DNA from: Pedosphaera sp. | Lineage (GTDB): Bacteria; Verrucomicrobiota; Verrucomicrobiia; Limisphaerales; SIBH01 | Assembly: GCA_031414955.1 (NCBI GenBank) | Contig: JANOQV010000184.1 | Location: 1-64,000 of the forward strand | DNA length: 64,000 nucleotides | Direction of reading: 5' to 3' | Part shown: positions 46,124 to 55,450 of the stretch, in pieces | How the letters are laid out: each line of letters opens with the position of its first letter | How positions within the stretch are numbered: position 1 is the first letter of the stretch | Translations under genes and position numbers: made by a program | Notes under the pieces: generated by a model | What the model was told of the DNA's origin: nothing | The model's input: the letters and a program-made list of their open reading frames with translations, nothing else | Databases searched by the model: none

Positions 46124-47382
46124 GTTCTGATTCTAAATCCATCCTCATCATCGGCGGCGGAGTCATTGGCCTTTCCACCGCGTACTACTGCGCCAAGCGA
46201 GGGCATCGCGTCACGCTCATGGACCGCAATCCCGAGCAGCGCGACGGCTGTTCATTCGGCAATGCGGGCATGGTGGTGCCGAGTCATTTCATGCCGCTGG
46301 CCGCGCCCGGTGCGGTGCGCACCGCGCTCAAGTGGATGTGGAATCCCGAGTCGCCGCTCTACATCAAGCCGCGCCTGAACTGGGAGCTGATGTCGTGGGG
46401 TTGGAAGTTCATGCGCGCAGCAAATGCCGCGCATGTACGGCGCAGCGCGCCGTTGATTCGCGATTTGAGTTTCGCCAGCCGCGATTGCTTCGAGGAACTC
46501 GCCGCACTGCCGGACAACGATTTCGGCCTGGTGAAAAAGGGCCTGATCATGCTCTGCCAGACCCAGCATGGACTGGACGACGAGGCGAAGTATGCCGCGC
46601 AAGCCAATCACCTCGGCGTGCCCGCCGAGGTGCTGGACGCGAAGAGCCTCGCGAAGCTGGACCCGGACGTGACCATGAATGCCGTCGGGGGCGTTTATTT
46701 CCCCAAGGATTGTCACCTGTCTCCCGGTCGTTTCATGGCCGGGCTGAAGCGGCAGCTTGATCAACTCGGCGCCAAGTTTTCCTGGAACACCGAGGCGACC
46801 GGTTGCACGCAGCAGGCGGGGCGGGTCACGTCGGTTCAAACCACTCACGGCGAGTTCGCCGCTGATGAAATTATACTCTCCAGCGGTTCCTGGTCTCCCG
46901 TCTTGGCGCGAGAACTGGGCCTCAAGCTCCCGATGCAAGCCGGCAAAGGCTACAGCCTCACGCTCACGAAACCGCGCGAGTTGCCACAGCTTTGCTCCAT
47001 CCTCACCGAGGCACGCGTGGCGGTGACGCCGATGGGCGACACCTTGCGCTTTGGCGGCACGATGGAAATCGCCGGGCTGAACGAGGACATCAATCCCGTG
47101 CGCGTGCGGGGCATCATCAAGGCGGTGGTGAAATACTTTCCGAAGTTCACGCCGAATGACTTCGCCGGCATCCAGCCGTGGCGCGGCTTGCGGCCATGCT
47201 CGCCGGACGGGATGCCGTATCTCGGGCGCACCGCGAAGTTCTCGAACCTCACCATCGCCACAGGACACGCGATGATGGGGCTGAGTCTCGGGCCGATCAC
47301 GGGAAAGCTCGTCAGCGAAATCCTGAGTGGAGCAAAACCGGCGCTGAATCTGGCGCTGCTCGATCCGGATCGATACGCGTAG
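46120..47382 (+). CDS. FAD-dependent D-amino acid dehydrogenase (DadA family), probable D-hydroxyproline dehydrogenase
   Basis: GGGVIG, SFGNAG, GKGYS, WRGLRPCSPDG, ATGHAMMGLSLGP. Confidence 0.9.
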   Translation: MSSDSKSILIIGGGVIGLSTAYYCAKRGHRVTLMDRNPEQRDGCSFGNAGMVVPSHFMPLAAPGAVRTALKWMWNPESPLYIKPRLNWELMSWGWKFMRAANAAHVRRSAPLIRDLSFASRDCFEELAALPDNDFGLVKKGLIMLCQTQHGLDDEAKYAAQANHLGVPAEVLDAKSLAKLDPDVTMNAVGGVYFPKDCHLSPGRFMAGLKRQLDQLGAKFSWNTEATGCTQQAGRVTSVQTTHGEFAADEIILSSGSWSPVLARELGLKLPMQAGKGYSLTLTKPRELPQLCSILTEARVAVTPMGDTLRFGGTMEIAGLNEDINPVRVRGIIKAVVKYFPKFTPNDFAGIQPWRGLRPCSPDGMPYLGRTAKFSNLTIATGHAMMGLSLGPITGKLVSEILSGAKPALNLALLDPDRYA

Positions 47383-47575
47383 GGTCGTTCGTCCCGGTGG
47401 CTGGTCGGACATCGCACTGGCTGGAATTCAGCGCGCGGTTTGGAGTGCGGTTTGAAATTCTGGACGCATCAAGCCAAGCACCACGGCTGAACGAAGAAAT
47501 AAGAACGAGGTGCATTTGACCCGGATTTGGCTTCCAGCATCGACTCCACTCAAAAAGGTCTGGCGCGAAAATTCA

Positions 47576-50500
47576 CTATTCGTAACTGCGCAAATACTTT
47601 CGAACTTTCTCAATGACCTTGGTCCGACCGGTCACAATACTGTCGAAATACTTCGGGCGCTCCTGGCTGAGCCGTTCGTAATTTGCCTTCAGATTGTCCA
47701 GGCGTTTTTCCTCGGCCGTAATGAAGGCGGAGGGCAACGATTCCTGCTTGCGGGTTGGCACCCCAGCTCCGAGTACGGCGGAGTTTGGAATGGCAGAAAT
47801 CTCGCTCCTCGCGTCGTAGGTTATGGCCATCTGAACCAGCACCCTATCGTATCGTTCCAGATCGAGCAGGAGGATTTTCATGGGATCCTTATCCGCCAGC
47901 CACTGGGAGTAACCAAGCAACGGAGCCTTGCTGGCGGCCCCTTCCGGGAGATCGCGCATCGCCTGCTGCATCCCGACCCAATTGTTGGCCGTCATCAACC
48001 GCTCCAGACCAGTGCTGGATGATTCCCGGATGGTTTTTGCCTCGGGCGAGGATTCCCGGAGTTGCAAGGCCTCCCCGGAACGAAATAAAGCCAGCGCCAG
48101 CTTTCCTTCGCCGGATGCTTTGGTGGCCGAGGTCACGGCCGCCTTGTAGTCAGCCTCCAGTTTGGCCATGTCCGCCAATTGTTTGAGCGCCTGCTCCTCG
48201 ATTCCCTTGGCGGTCGGATCACCGGGCTTCAAGAGCAGCGCCTGCTTGGCTTTCGTATCCGCGTCCGCGTATTGCTTCTTGGTGAGGGATGCCTGCGCGG
48301 CGGCCAATGCCGCCTTGTAGTCGGCCTCCAGTTGGGCCACGGTCGCCAACTGTTTAAGCGCCTTCTCCTCAATTCCCTTGGCAGTCGGATCACCAGGCTT
48401 CAAGAGCAGCGCCTCTTTGGCTTTCGTGTCCGCGTCCGCATATTGCTTCTTGGTGAAGAGACTCTGCGCCGCCGTCACGGCCGCCTTGTAGTCAGCCTCC
48501 AGTTTGGCCATGTCCGCCAATTGTTTGAGCGCCTGCTCCTCGATTCCCTTGGCGGTCGGATCACCGGGCTTCAAGAGCAGCGCCTCCTTGGCTTTCGTAT
48601 CTGCGTCCGCGTATTGCTTCTTGGTGAGGGATGCCTGCGCGGCGGCCAATGCCGCCTTGTAGTCGGCCTCCAGTCGGGCCATGGATGAGAGTTGTCTCAG
48701 CGCCTGCTCCTCAATCCCTTTGGCGGTGCGATCACCCGGTTTCAGAGCCAATGCCTCCTTGGCTTTCGTTTCTGCCTCCGCGTATTGCTTCTTGGTGAGG
48801 AGACTCTGCGCCGCCGTCACGGCCACCTTGTAGTCAGCCTCCAGCCTGGCCATGTCCGCCAATTGTTTGAGCGCCTGCCCCTCGATTCCCTTGGCGGTCG
48901 GATCACCAGGCTTCAAGCGCAGCGCCTGCTTCGCTTTCGTGTCCGCATCCGCGTATTGCTTCTTGGTGAGGAAATCCTGCGCCGCCGTCACGGCCGTCTT
49001 GTAGTCAGTCTCCAACTTGGCCATGGATGCCAACTGGTCCTGTGCCTGCGCGATAATCTTCAGGGCCTGGGGATCGCCGGGCTTCAGTGCCAGCGCTCGC
49101 TTCGCTTTGGCTTCCGCATCCGCGTATTGATTTTGGTTGAAAGCGTTCTGCGCCGCCAGAAGTGTGGCTGCGGCGTCAGTCTCCAGCTTCACCATGGATT
49201 CAATTTGCTTCCGCGCTTGATCGGCAATCCCCTGAGCGGCCTGATCTCCCGGCTTGAGGGCCAGAGCCTGCTTCGCTTTGGTTTCGGCCTCGGTGAATTG
49301 CTTCCGGCCCAAGGAATCCTGCGCTGCCGTCACGGCCACCTTGTAGTCAGCCTCCAGCTTGGCCGTGGCCGCCAATTGCGTCCGCGCCTGAGCCTCAATC
49401 CCCTGGGCGGTGGGATCGCCCGGTTTAAGAGTCAGCGCCTGCTTGGCCTTCGCGTCCGCTTCCGCGTATTGCTTCTGGTTAAAAGCCGTCTGCGCGGCCT
49501 GGAGCAAAATTTGAAGCTTCCTTTCAGCATCACCCATCGCATCCAGTCCAGCCTGGGCCAGTTGCAGAATATTCTTCGCCGACGGATCCTCTGGATTCAA
49601 AGCGAGCAGGTCATTCGCCTTGGCTTTTGCAGTCGCAAATTGCTTGCTGGTGAGCGCATCATTGGCCGCCTTGAGCTGCACCTGAAACTCCGTCTCGAGC
49701 CCGGTCTTCACGATGGAAAGCTTCTGGATTTCCGCAGCGATCCGTTCCTTGACCATGGGGCTTTCGGCCAGCAGCGCCGACGCCTTCGCGACCGCAGCCA
49801 CGGATGAAGCATAATCCTTGGTCTGGAGTGCATTCTCCGCGCTGCCGACGGCGAGTTGAAACGCATGAATCCGTTTAAGCTCGCGACTCCGGTCAAAGTG
49901 CTGCCACCCCCACCAGGCGCTGCCGCCCACCACTCCCAGGGCCACAATGACCGCCGCCATCTTGAGCCACGGGAGACCCTCCTTGGGACTGAGTTGGTCG
50001 AGCTGTTGCCCGAGAGACTCAAGGGTCAAGCCCGATTGCCAGAGGTTAGGATCCAGCAGTTGGTTGCCAAGTTTCAGCCACGCCGGGGTCGCGTCTCCAT
50101 AAACTGTCGTCCAGTCGCTGCTGGTCTCGATAGGCCAGTGTTCCGCGCCCGAAACATCCCCGCGCCGCCGCACGAGCTGGTAGAGCAATTCGCCAATCGC
50201 GCGCAGATCGGCCACTTCCAGATTGGTGACATGCTCGGTCTTGCTGGCGAAAGGATCCGATAACGCCACGGAGGCGATCTCCAGCCGGCGCTGACCGCCC
50301 AAGAGGACGTTGGAAGGCTTGATGTTGCCGTGAGACTCGCCGGTATGGGCTTTATATTCGAGCGCTCCACGCAGGACAGAGTGAATGATGTGATGCAGTG
50401 CCTCGCAGGTGAGCGTGACATGGCCTTCGATCAATTTCTGCGCCGTGCGAGGATAATAATCAGTGGCAAACCAGGGACCCTGCTCGCAGGTGCCGCCGTC

Positions 50501-50764
50501 GTGAACGGCGGCCACATGACGGGAGCCAGCCGCATGGGCGCGTTTTTGGCGAGTGGTGGAGGCGAGGAAATCCCAAACCCGGTGCGAGGCTGCCTCCCGG
50601 TCCTTTTCCGACTGCCATTCGCTGTCAATCCCTGCTCCGGCCGTACAGAGCTTGACGGCGAAGCGCGGCTTGCCGGCGTCACCGGCGGCATCCACCGCGA
50701 GGAAGATGGTCGCGGTGGAACCGGAGACCAACTCCCTGACTGTCTTGTAAGCGCCACACTGCAT
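47576..50764 (-). CDS. Pseudokinase-like domain + TM helix + ~10 TPR-like 57-aa repeats
   Basis: AVK, HGNIKPSNVLL (no catalytic Asp), SDPF in place of DFG; TM AAVIVALGVVGGSAWWGW; LEADYK..AAQ..L.KKQY..A..KAK.AL.LKPGDP repeats. Confidence 0.8.
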   Translation of the reverse strand: MQCGAYKTVRELVSGSTATIFLAVDAAGDAGKPRFAVKLCTAGAGIDSEWQSEKDREAASHRVWDFLASTTRQKRAHAAGSRHVAAVHDGGTCEQGPWFATDYYPRTAQKLIEGHVTLTCEALHHIIHSVLRGALEYKAHTGESHGNIKPSNVLLGGQRRLEIASVALSDPFASKTEHVTNLEVADLRAIGELLYQLVRRRGDVSGAEHWPIETSSDWTTVYGDATPAWLKLGNQLLDPNLWQSGLTLESLGQQLDQLSPKEGLPWLKMAAVIVALGVVGGSAWWGWQHFDRSRELKRIHAFQLAVGSAENALQTKDYASSVAAVAKASALLAESPMVKERIAAEIQKLSIVKTGLETEFQVQLKAANDALTSKQFATAKAKANDLLALNPEDPSAKNILQLAQAGLDAMGDAERKLQILLQAAQTAFNQKQYAEADAKAKQALTLKPGDPTAQGIEAQARTQLAATAKLEADYKVAVTAAQDSLGRKQFTEAETKAKQALALKPGDQAAQGIADQARKQIESMVKLETDAAATLLAAQNAFNQNQYADAEAKAKRALALKPGDPQALKIIAQAQDQLASMAKLETDYKTAVTAAQDFLTKKQYADADTKAKQALRLKPGDPTAKGIEGQALKQLADMARLEADYKVAVTAAQSLLTKKQYAEAETKAKEALALKPGDRTAKGIEEQALRQLSSMARLEADYKAALAAAQASLTKKQYADADTKAKEALLLKPGDPTAKGIEEQALKQLADMAKLEADYKAAVTAAQSLFTKKQYADADTKAKEALLLKPGDPTAKGIEEKALKQLATVAQLEADYKAALAAAQASLTKKQYADADTKAKQALLLKPGDPTAKGIEEQALKQLADMAKLEADYKAAVTSATKASGEGKLALALFRSGEALQLRESSPEAKTIRESSSTGLERLMTANNWVGMQQAMRDLPEGAASKAPLLGYSQWLADKDPMKILLLDLERYDRVLVQMAITYDARSEISAIPNSAVLGAGVPTRKQESLPSAFITAEEKRLDNLKANYERLSQERPKYFDSIVTGRTKVIEKVRKYLRSYE
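48000..49700 (-). repeat. 171-bp intragenic tandem repeats with an alternating 342-bp higher-order unit
   Basis: ttgtagtc anchor at 48144, 48315, 48486, 48657, 48828, 48999 and 49341. Confidence 0.9.
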
Positions 50765-50854
50765 GGCTGAATTTCAACACACCATCCCCGCCTTTCCCAG
50801 CCGGAGAAAACCGTGATTTCTACTGGAGCTGGGCTCGGGGAATCATCGACCCGC

Positions 50855-51451
50855 TCACTTCTTCGCGTCTTTCGCGTCCGCAGATTCCTTGGACTCCTTT
50901 GGCTCCTTCGGGATTTTGTCCAGCGGATCAATTCGAATGGATGCGTCCTGGACAAAAATTCGGAAGCCTTTCGCGTTGGGATACATTTCCTTCAAGACCT
51001 TGGGCTTGAGCGGGATATTTTTCCTCCGGACATCGGCGTTGCCGATTTCGTCCGTGACCTCATAGCCAGGCCGGAGATTGGCGACCACGAACAACTCGGT
51101 CACTCCTCGCCCCATCCATTTGGTCCAGTTCTCCTTCACCGCCGGATCCTTGAGCGACAGGACATAGCGCCGGGGTTGATCCACGCCGCCAAACTTGCGC
51201 GTGATCTTGTCAGTCGCGCTGGCCCGCTGCTTGTCCTCGGGATTCCAATACTTGGAAATCTTGTAGGCCTCCCAGAGCGGTTTGTCCGAAGCGGTCGCGC
51301 CGATCAGGTCCACTTCGACGGACTTCTTGGCCACGGCATCATCGCATTCAATGATCAAAAAGCACGGTTCTGCCTTGTCCTTACAACCCACCAGCAAGGT
51401 CGTCAGGGTGCCGAGCAGCATTAAAACGGGGAGCAAAATCCGAATCTTCAT
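50855..51451 (-). CDS. Hypothetical lipoprotein
   Basis: Signal peptide with lipobox LVGC; K/E-rich tail. Confidence 0.8.
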   Translation of the reverse strand: MKIRILLPVLMLLGTLTTLLVGCKDKAEPCFLIIECDDAVAKKSVEVDLIGATASDKPLWEAYKISKYWNPEDKQRASATDKITRKFGGVDQPRRYVLSLKDPAVKENWTKWMGRGVTELFVVANLRPGYEVTDEIGNADVRRKNIPLKPKVLKEMYPNAKGFRIFVQDASIRIDPLDKIPKEPKESKESADAKDAKK

Positions 51452-51786
51452 AGAGTGTAGTCGTTAATTGGAAGCGCGTGTTTTATCGGCTGGTTTGTCG
51501 CAAATGCCCATTTCAGCGTCAATCGGTAAATGGGGTGCGACGGGATGTCGCGGTCACAGGCATCTCAGATTTGTAATCGCCGGATCGCACGCCACCGAGC
51601 CTCCGGAGTTACAGCATGGCTGGCGGAGTGAGCCGGTTACGAATGACTATCCGCGATTCAGCGAAGGGCTGCCGCACGCTCCACCCAGGGAGTTGATCGC
51701 CAGTTCTAGTAGCACCCGTGGCAAGCAACCCGGAGGGTCTCGATTCGTCGGTGCTGATTCCCTGATCGCCGCCCCCCCCCGAATCA

Positions 51787-52053
51787 TTAACGAACGAGGC
51801 CGGCCGTCAGCAGCACACGGGCAATTCTCCGGAGCTGTTCCTTGGCCGGATAGTCTGGATTGGCGATCAGCGCCCGGCCTCGCACGACGGCGGATAGCCG
51901 CACGTCCGGCGCGGCGGCCAGGTCCGCATCGTAGGAATGGTGCCGCTCAAAGGGTGCCCAGGCCGAGCCTGATGGGAGGCGAGTCGGACGGCGGGCGTGG
52001 AGATTTACCTCGCGCGCCGCAGTGGAATTGGTCGGTTCGTTTTTCATAAACAT
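51787..52053 (-). CDS. Small hypothetical protein with FlgM-like C-terminus
   Basis: PDVRLSAVVRGRALIANPDYP..EQLRRIARVL resembles the anti-sigma FlgM C-terminal helices. Confidence 0.45.
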   Translation of the reverse strand: MFMKNEPTNSTAAREVNLHARRPTRLPSGSAWAPFERHHSYDADLAAAPDVRLSAVVRGRALIANPDYPAKEQLRRIARVLLTAGLVR

Positions 52054-52349
52054 GCTCACTTCTGACTCAACTATCGACACATGTGTCCAGAAGTTGAGCA
52101 GTTTTCTGAAGTTCCTTCGAGATGTAGGCGGCGTGGATTGTCGCACGGCACGCATCCAGCCTGCGATCTATGGGCGGCCTGGAAGAGTCCCCACCAAGTA
52201 TGAGCACCTCGAACATTCGGTGGGCCGCGCCCACGGGATATCGCTCGCCTCCGCCCGAAGAACTCGATCAGTCCAAGTTTCATTGGCTTTCGCGCGTCCC
52301 GGCCGAAGCGTCGTTGCGCCGCTCGGATGGTTCGTCTAGCCTGCCGCCC

Positions 52350-53114
52350 ATGTCGCTGCTTCGATGGATCGTGCCACTGTTCTGCGTGTTGATCGCAGGC
52401 TGCCGGCTGGGTTCGCAGACGCGCAGCGACGAGCAGAAGGATCCTTATTTTCTCGCCGGCAAAAACCGGCTTCAAGAACGGGATTACCAGGGGGCCATCG
52501 ATATGTTCGAGAAAGCGTTGGATGTAAATCCACGTTCGGCCTCGGCGCACTTCGAGCTAGGTGTGCTCTACGAACAGCAGCAGAGCGATTACGCCGCCGC
52601 GCTTTATCACTACCAGCGTTGCGTCACCCTCAACTCGAACCTGCCCTCGGCTGATCTCGCGCGCCAGCGTACTCAGGAGTGCAAACGCGAACTGGCCAAG
52701 ACCGTCATGCAGCCGATCTCGATGGAGGGATTGCAGCGCGAACTGGACGGCACGCGGGCCGAGAACCAGCAACTCAAGCAGCAACTACAGGCCTGGCAGA
52801 ATTATTACGCGGGCCGGGGCGTTTCCATTTCGAACATCCTGCGGCCCACCACCACTTCCACGGCACGACTTGCCCAGGCCGCTCCCCAAGCCTCGAACGA
52901 GCCACCGGGCGAAAGCGGCCGGGGCACGAACCCTCAGCCGCGCCTGGCCCCACCGCCCATCACTACGCGCAGCCACACCGTCGCTCCGGGCGAGACGATG
53001 GCGACGATCGCGCGGACGTACCACATTCGCGTGACCTCGTTGCAGAACGCCAATCCCGGCACCGATGCGCGGAGGATGCGGCCGGGCCAGAAGCTGGTCA
53101 TCCCGCCACCCTGA
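52350..53114 (+). CDS. TPR + coiled-coil + LysM lipoprotein
   Basis: Lipobox IAGC, TPR (A...FEKAL..NP.SA.AHFELG), C-terminal HTVAPGET..IA..Y..L..AN...PGQKLVIP. Confidence 0.88.
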   Translation: MSLLRWIVPLFCVLIAGCRLGSQTRSDEQKDPYFLAGKNRLQERDYQGAIDMFEKALDVNPRSASAHFELGVLYEQQQSDYAAALYHYQRCVTLNSNLPSADLARQRTQECKRELAKTVMQPISMEGLQRELDGTRAENQQLKQQLQAWQNYYAGRGVSISNILRPTTTSTARLAQAAPQASNEPPGESGRGTNPQPRLAPPPITTRSHTVAPGETMATIARTYHIRVTSLQNANPGTDARRMRPGQKLVIPPP

Positions 53115-53121
53115 AGTCGCC

Positions 53122-53961
53122 ATGCTCAAACGAGTCTGGCTCGGGTTGGTCACCGTGTTCTGGGTCGCGATGAGCGTTCTGCTCTGGCGCTCCGAGTTCG
53201 GCTCGGGGCCACCGCCCGGAAGCACCGTGCCGCCGGAAATGGTCTGGAGAAAAATCCTCACTGCGCCGGATTATTCCCAACTCGTCATCCGTCACGGCAC
53301 GAACACCATCGGCTCTTGTCGCTGGCGGCCCGACGTCGGCCAGGAATTGGCCACCGGCGCGCGTATGGAGGAGGAGGATTCTGTGGAGGGGATGTTCCCA
53401 GACCTCTCGCACTACACGCTGGATCTCGACGGGTACGTAACGCTCCCGGAATTTCCCGTCCGCACCCGGTTCACATCGTTGTTGAAAATGAGCACGAACT
53501 TTTCCTGGCAACGATTCGATGGCCGTATCCTGATGCGGCCCGACAGTTATGAACTATCCGCCAGTGCTGCCGACCAGACGGTCAGTCTGCGCGTCGAAGC
53601 GGGAGGGGATCAGTTTAACCGGGTGTTCCGCTTCGCCGAAATTCAGAACTCGCAAAAGTTTCTGCTCGAACTGGGCGGCCCGATGCTGCCCCTGATGGCT
53701 GGCACGATGGGTTGGCCGCTTTCGACCAACCAACTCACGGCGGCGGCGCTGGGACTGCGCTGGGAGGCGCGGTACGATTCGCTGCTCATCGGGGGCAACC
53801 GTATCCGGGCCTATCGGCTGGGGACGAAGCTGCTCGGCCGCTACCACTTCGCGCTTTACGTCAGCCCGGTCGGTGAAATTTTGCGGGCTGAACTGCCGGG
53901 CGAGATCGTGATGTTGAATGAAGCATTGTCCGGTCTCAGCCAGGGGGGGAATCATGATTGA
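53122..53961 (+). CDS. Hypothetical membrane-anchored protein
   Basis: N-terminal TM FWVAMSVLLW; ends in VSPVGEILRAELP; operonic spacing. Confidence 0.75.
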   Translation: MLKRVWLGLVTVFWVAMSVLLWRSEFGSGPPPGSTVPPEMVWRKILTAPDYSQLVIRHGTNTIGSCRWRPDVGQELATGARMEEEDSVEGMFPDLSHYTLDLDGYVTLPEFPVRTRFTSLLKMSTNFSWQRFDGRILMRPDSYELSASAADQTVSLRVEAGGDQFNRVFRFAEIQNSQKFLLELGGPMLPLMAGTMGWPLSTNQLTAAALGLRWEARYDSLLIGGNRIRAYRLGTKLLGRYHFALYVSPVGEILRAELPGEIVMLNEALSGLSQGGNHD

Positions 53962-54715
53962 ACTCATCCATCTCGTAAAACGGTTTGGCGACGTCCTGGC
54001 GGTCGATGACCTGAGCCTGACCGTGAACCGCGGCGAATTTTTCGTCGTCCTCGGGCCGAACGCGGCGGGCAAAACCACGACGATCAAGATCCTCACCGGC
54101 CTGCTCAAGCCCAGCTCGGGCACGGCGCGCGTGGCGGGCTTCGATGTGCAGGCCCATCCGCTGGAAGTGAAGCGGCGCATGGCTTACGTGCCGGATTTCC
54201 CCTTCCTCTACGAAAAACTCACGCCCTGGGAGTTCTTCCGCTTCACCGGCCAGTTGTTTCGCATGGACAGCACGCGCATCCAGTCGGCCGGACGGGAGCT
54301 GATCGGTCGCTTTGGGCTCGGTGAGTTCTGCCACAAGACCATCGAGGGGCTTTCACATGGCACGCGCCAACGCGTGGCCATTGTCTCCGCGCTCCTCCAC
54401 GACCCCGAGGTTTTTGTCATTGATGAGCCTATGGTGGGACTGGATCCGCATCATGCCCGCGTGGTAAAGGACGTCTTCAAGGAGCGATCAGAGCGCGGCA
54501 TGACGGTCTTCCTCTCCACCCATCAACTCAGCGTCGCCGAGGAACTGGCCCATCGCGTGGGCATCATCCACCAGGGGCGGCTCGTCGCAGTGGGGACAGC
54601 GGCGGAATTGCGGAAGCAGAGCGGGGCGGAGGGGCCTTTGGAGGCGGCGTTCCTCGCGCTCACGGCGACGGAGGCGGGAGCAAATTCCAAATCCCAAATC
54701 CCAAATTCCAAATAA
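53954..54715 (+). CDS. ABC transporter ATP-binding protein
   Basis: GPNAAGKTT, LSHGTRQR, IDEP.VGLD, STH. Confidence 0.95.
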   Translation: MIELIHLVKRFGDVLAVDDLSLTVNRGEFFVVLGPNAAGKTTTIKILTGLLKPSSGTARVAGFDVQAHPLEVKRRMAYVPDFPFLYEKLTPWEFFRFTGQLFRMDSTRIQSAGRELIGRFGLGEFCHKTIEGLSHGTRQRVAIVSALLHDPEVFVIDEPMVGLDPHHARVVKDVFKERSERGMTVFLSTHQLSVAEELAHRVGIIHQGRLVAVGTAAELRKQSGAEGPLEAAFLALTATEAGANSKSQIPNSK

Positions 54716-54797
54716 GCTCCAACCTCTCAAATTCCAATGGCGCCTCTGTCGCTTATTTTGGGTCTTTGGGGTTTTGGAATTTGGAATTTGGAGTTTA
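54682..54797. repeat. Heptamer inverted-repeat element between convergent genes
   Basis: attccaa atcccaa atcccaa attccaa ataa gctccaa ... ttggaat ttggaat ttggagt. Confidence 0.8.
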
Positions 54798-55295
54798 TTT
54801 CCGCACCGGCATCAACCCCACATGCACCACCAGCCAGGTCGGAACGGCGAAGATCAAGATTGTCGCCAGCAAATCCCAGGTCCACCGCATCGCGCCGGCC
54901 TGCATCGGATACATGGTGATCAGGAAGTAGGCGGCGAATCTCGTGTGACCGAGGAACTTGCCGTGCTTGGGGAATTTCTTGAGCAGGCCCGAGCAGAGCG
55001 CCACCAACCCGACCGCCAGCACGAGCAGGGTCACCACCATGTTCACCGCCAGCAGCGCATCCACCGTGAGGTCGGGGACCGAACCGGATCGCTTGCGCTG
55101 GTACTGCCACAGCCATTGCGCCGCCGCCCAAACGAACGTGAAGCCGGTTTGCAGCGCCGTGCGATGCGACGCCTTCGAAGAAGTCAGTTCATTCAGCAGC
55201 CATCCGAAGTAGAGCGGCACGATGCCCCAGACCAGTTCGGTGTGGAGGAAGGGTTCCTTGATGATCTGCGCGAAGTTTTGCCAATAGAGAGACAT
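54795..55295 (-). CDS. Hypothetical integral membrane protein
   Basis: About five hydrophobic helices, LVWGIVPLYFGW; start set to the ATG at 55295. Confidence 0.7.
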   Translation of the reverse strand: MSLYWQNFAQIIKEPFLHTELVWGIVPLYFGWLLNELTSSKASHRTALQTGFTFVWAAAQWLWQYQRKRSGSVPDLTVDALLAVNMVVTLLVLAVGLVALCSGLLKKFPKHGKFLGHTRFAAYFLITMYPMQAGAMRWTWDLLATILIFAVPTWLVVHVGLMPVRK

Positions 55296-55304
55296 TGCTG
55301 GAAT

Positions 55305-55450
55305 GAAACACCAAATCCCAAACCCCAACCCTCAAACTTGCAACGGCCAGCGGACTGATCGGGGCGACGTCCTCGCCCGGTTGGAGAGCGGTTTTGGAGT
55401 TTGATGTATGGAGCTTATTTGGAGTTTGGAGTTTGGGTTTTGGTGTTTTT
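55305..55450. repeat. Heptamer inverted-repeat element
   Basis: caccaa atcccaa accccaa ... ttggagt ttgatgt atggagc ttat ttggagt ttggagt ttgggtt ttggtgt. Confidence 0.75.

Noticed and set aside
48000..49700. Possible CRISPR array or DGR template in the 171-bp repeats
   Set aside because: Contiguous in-frame coding repeats with no unique spacers; no cas or reverse transcriptase gene
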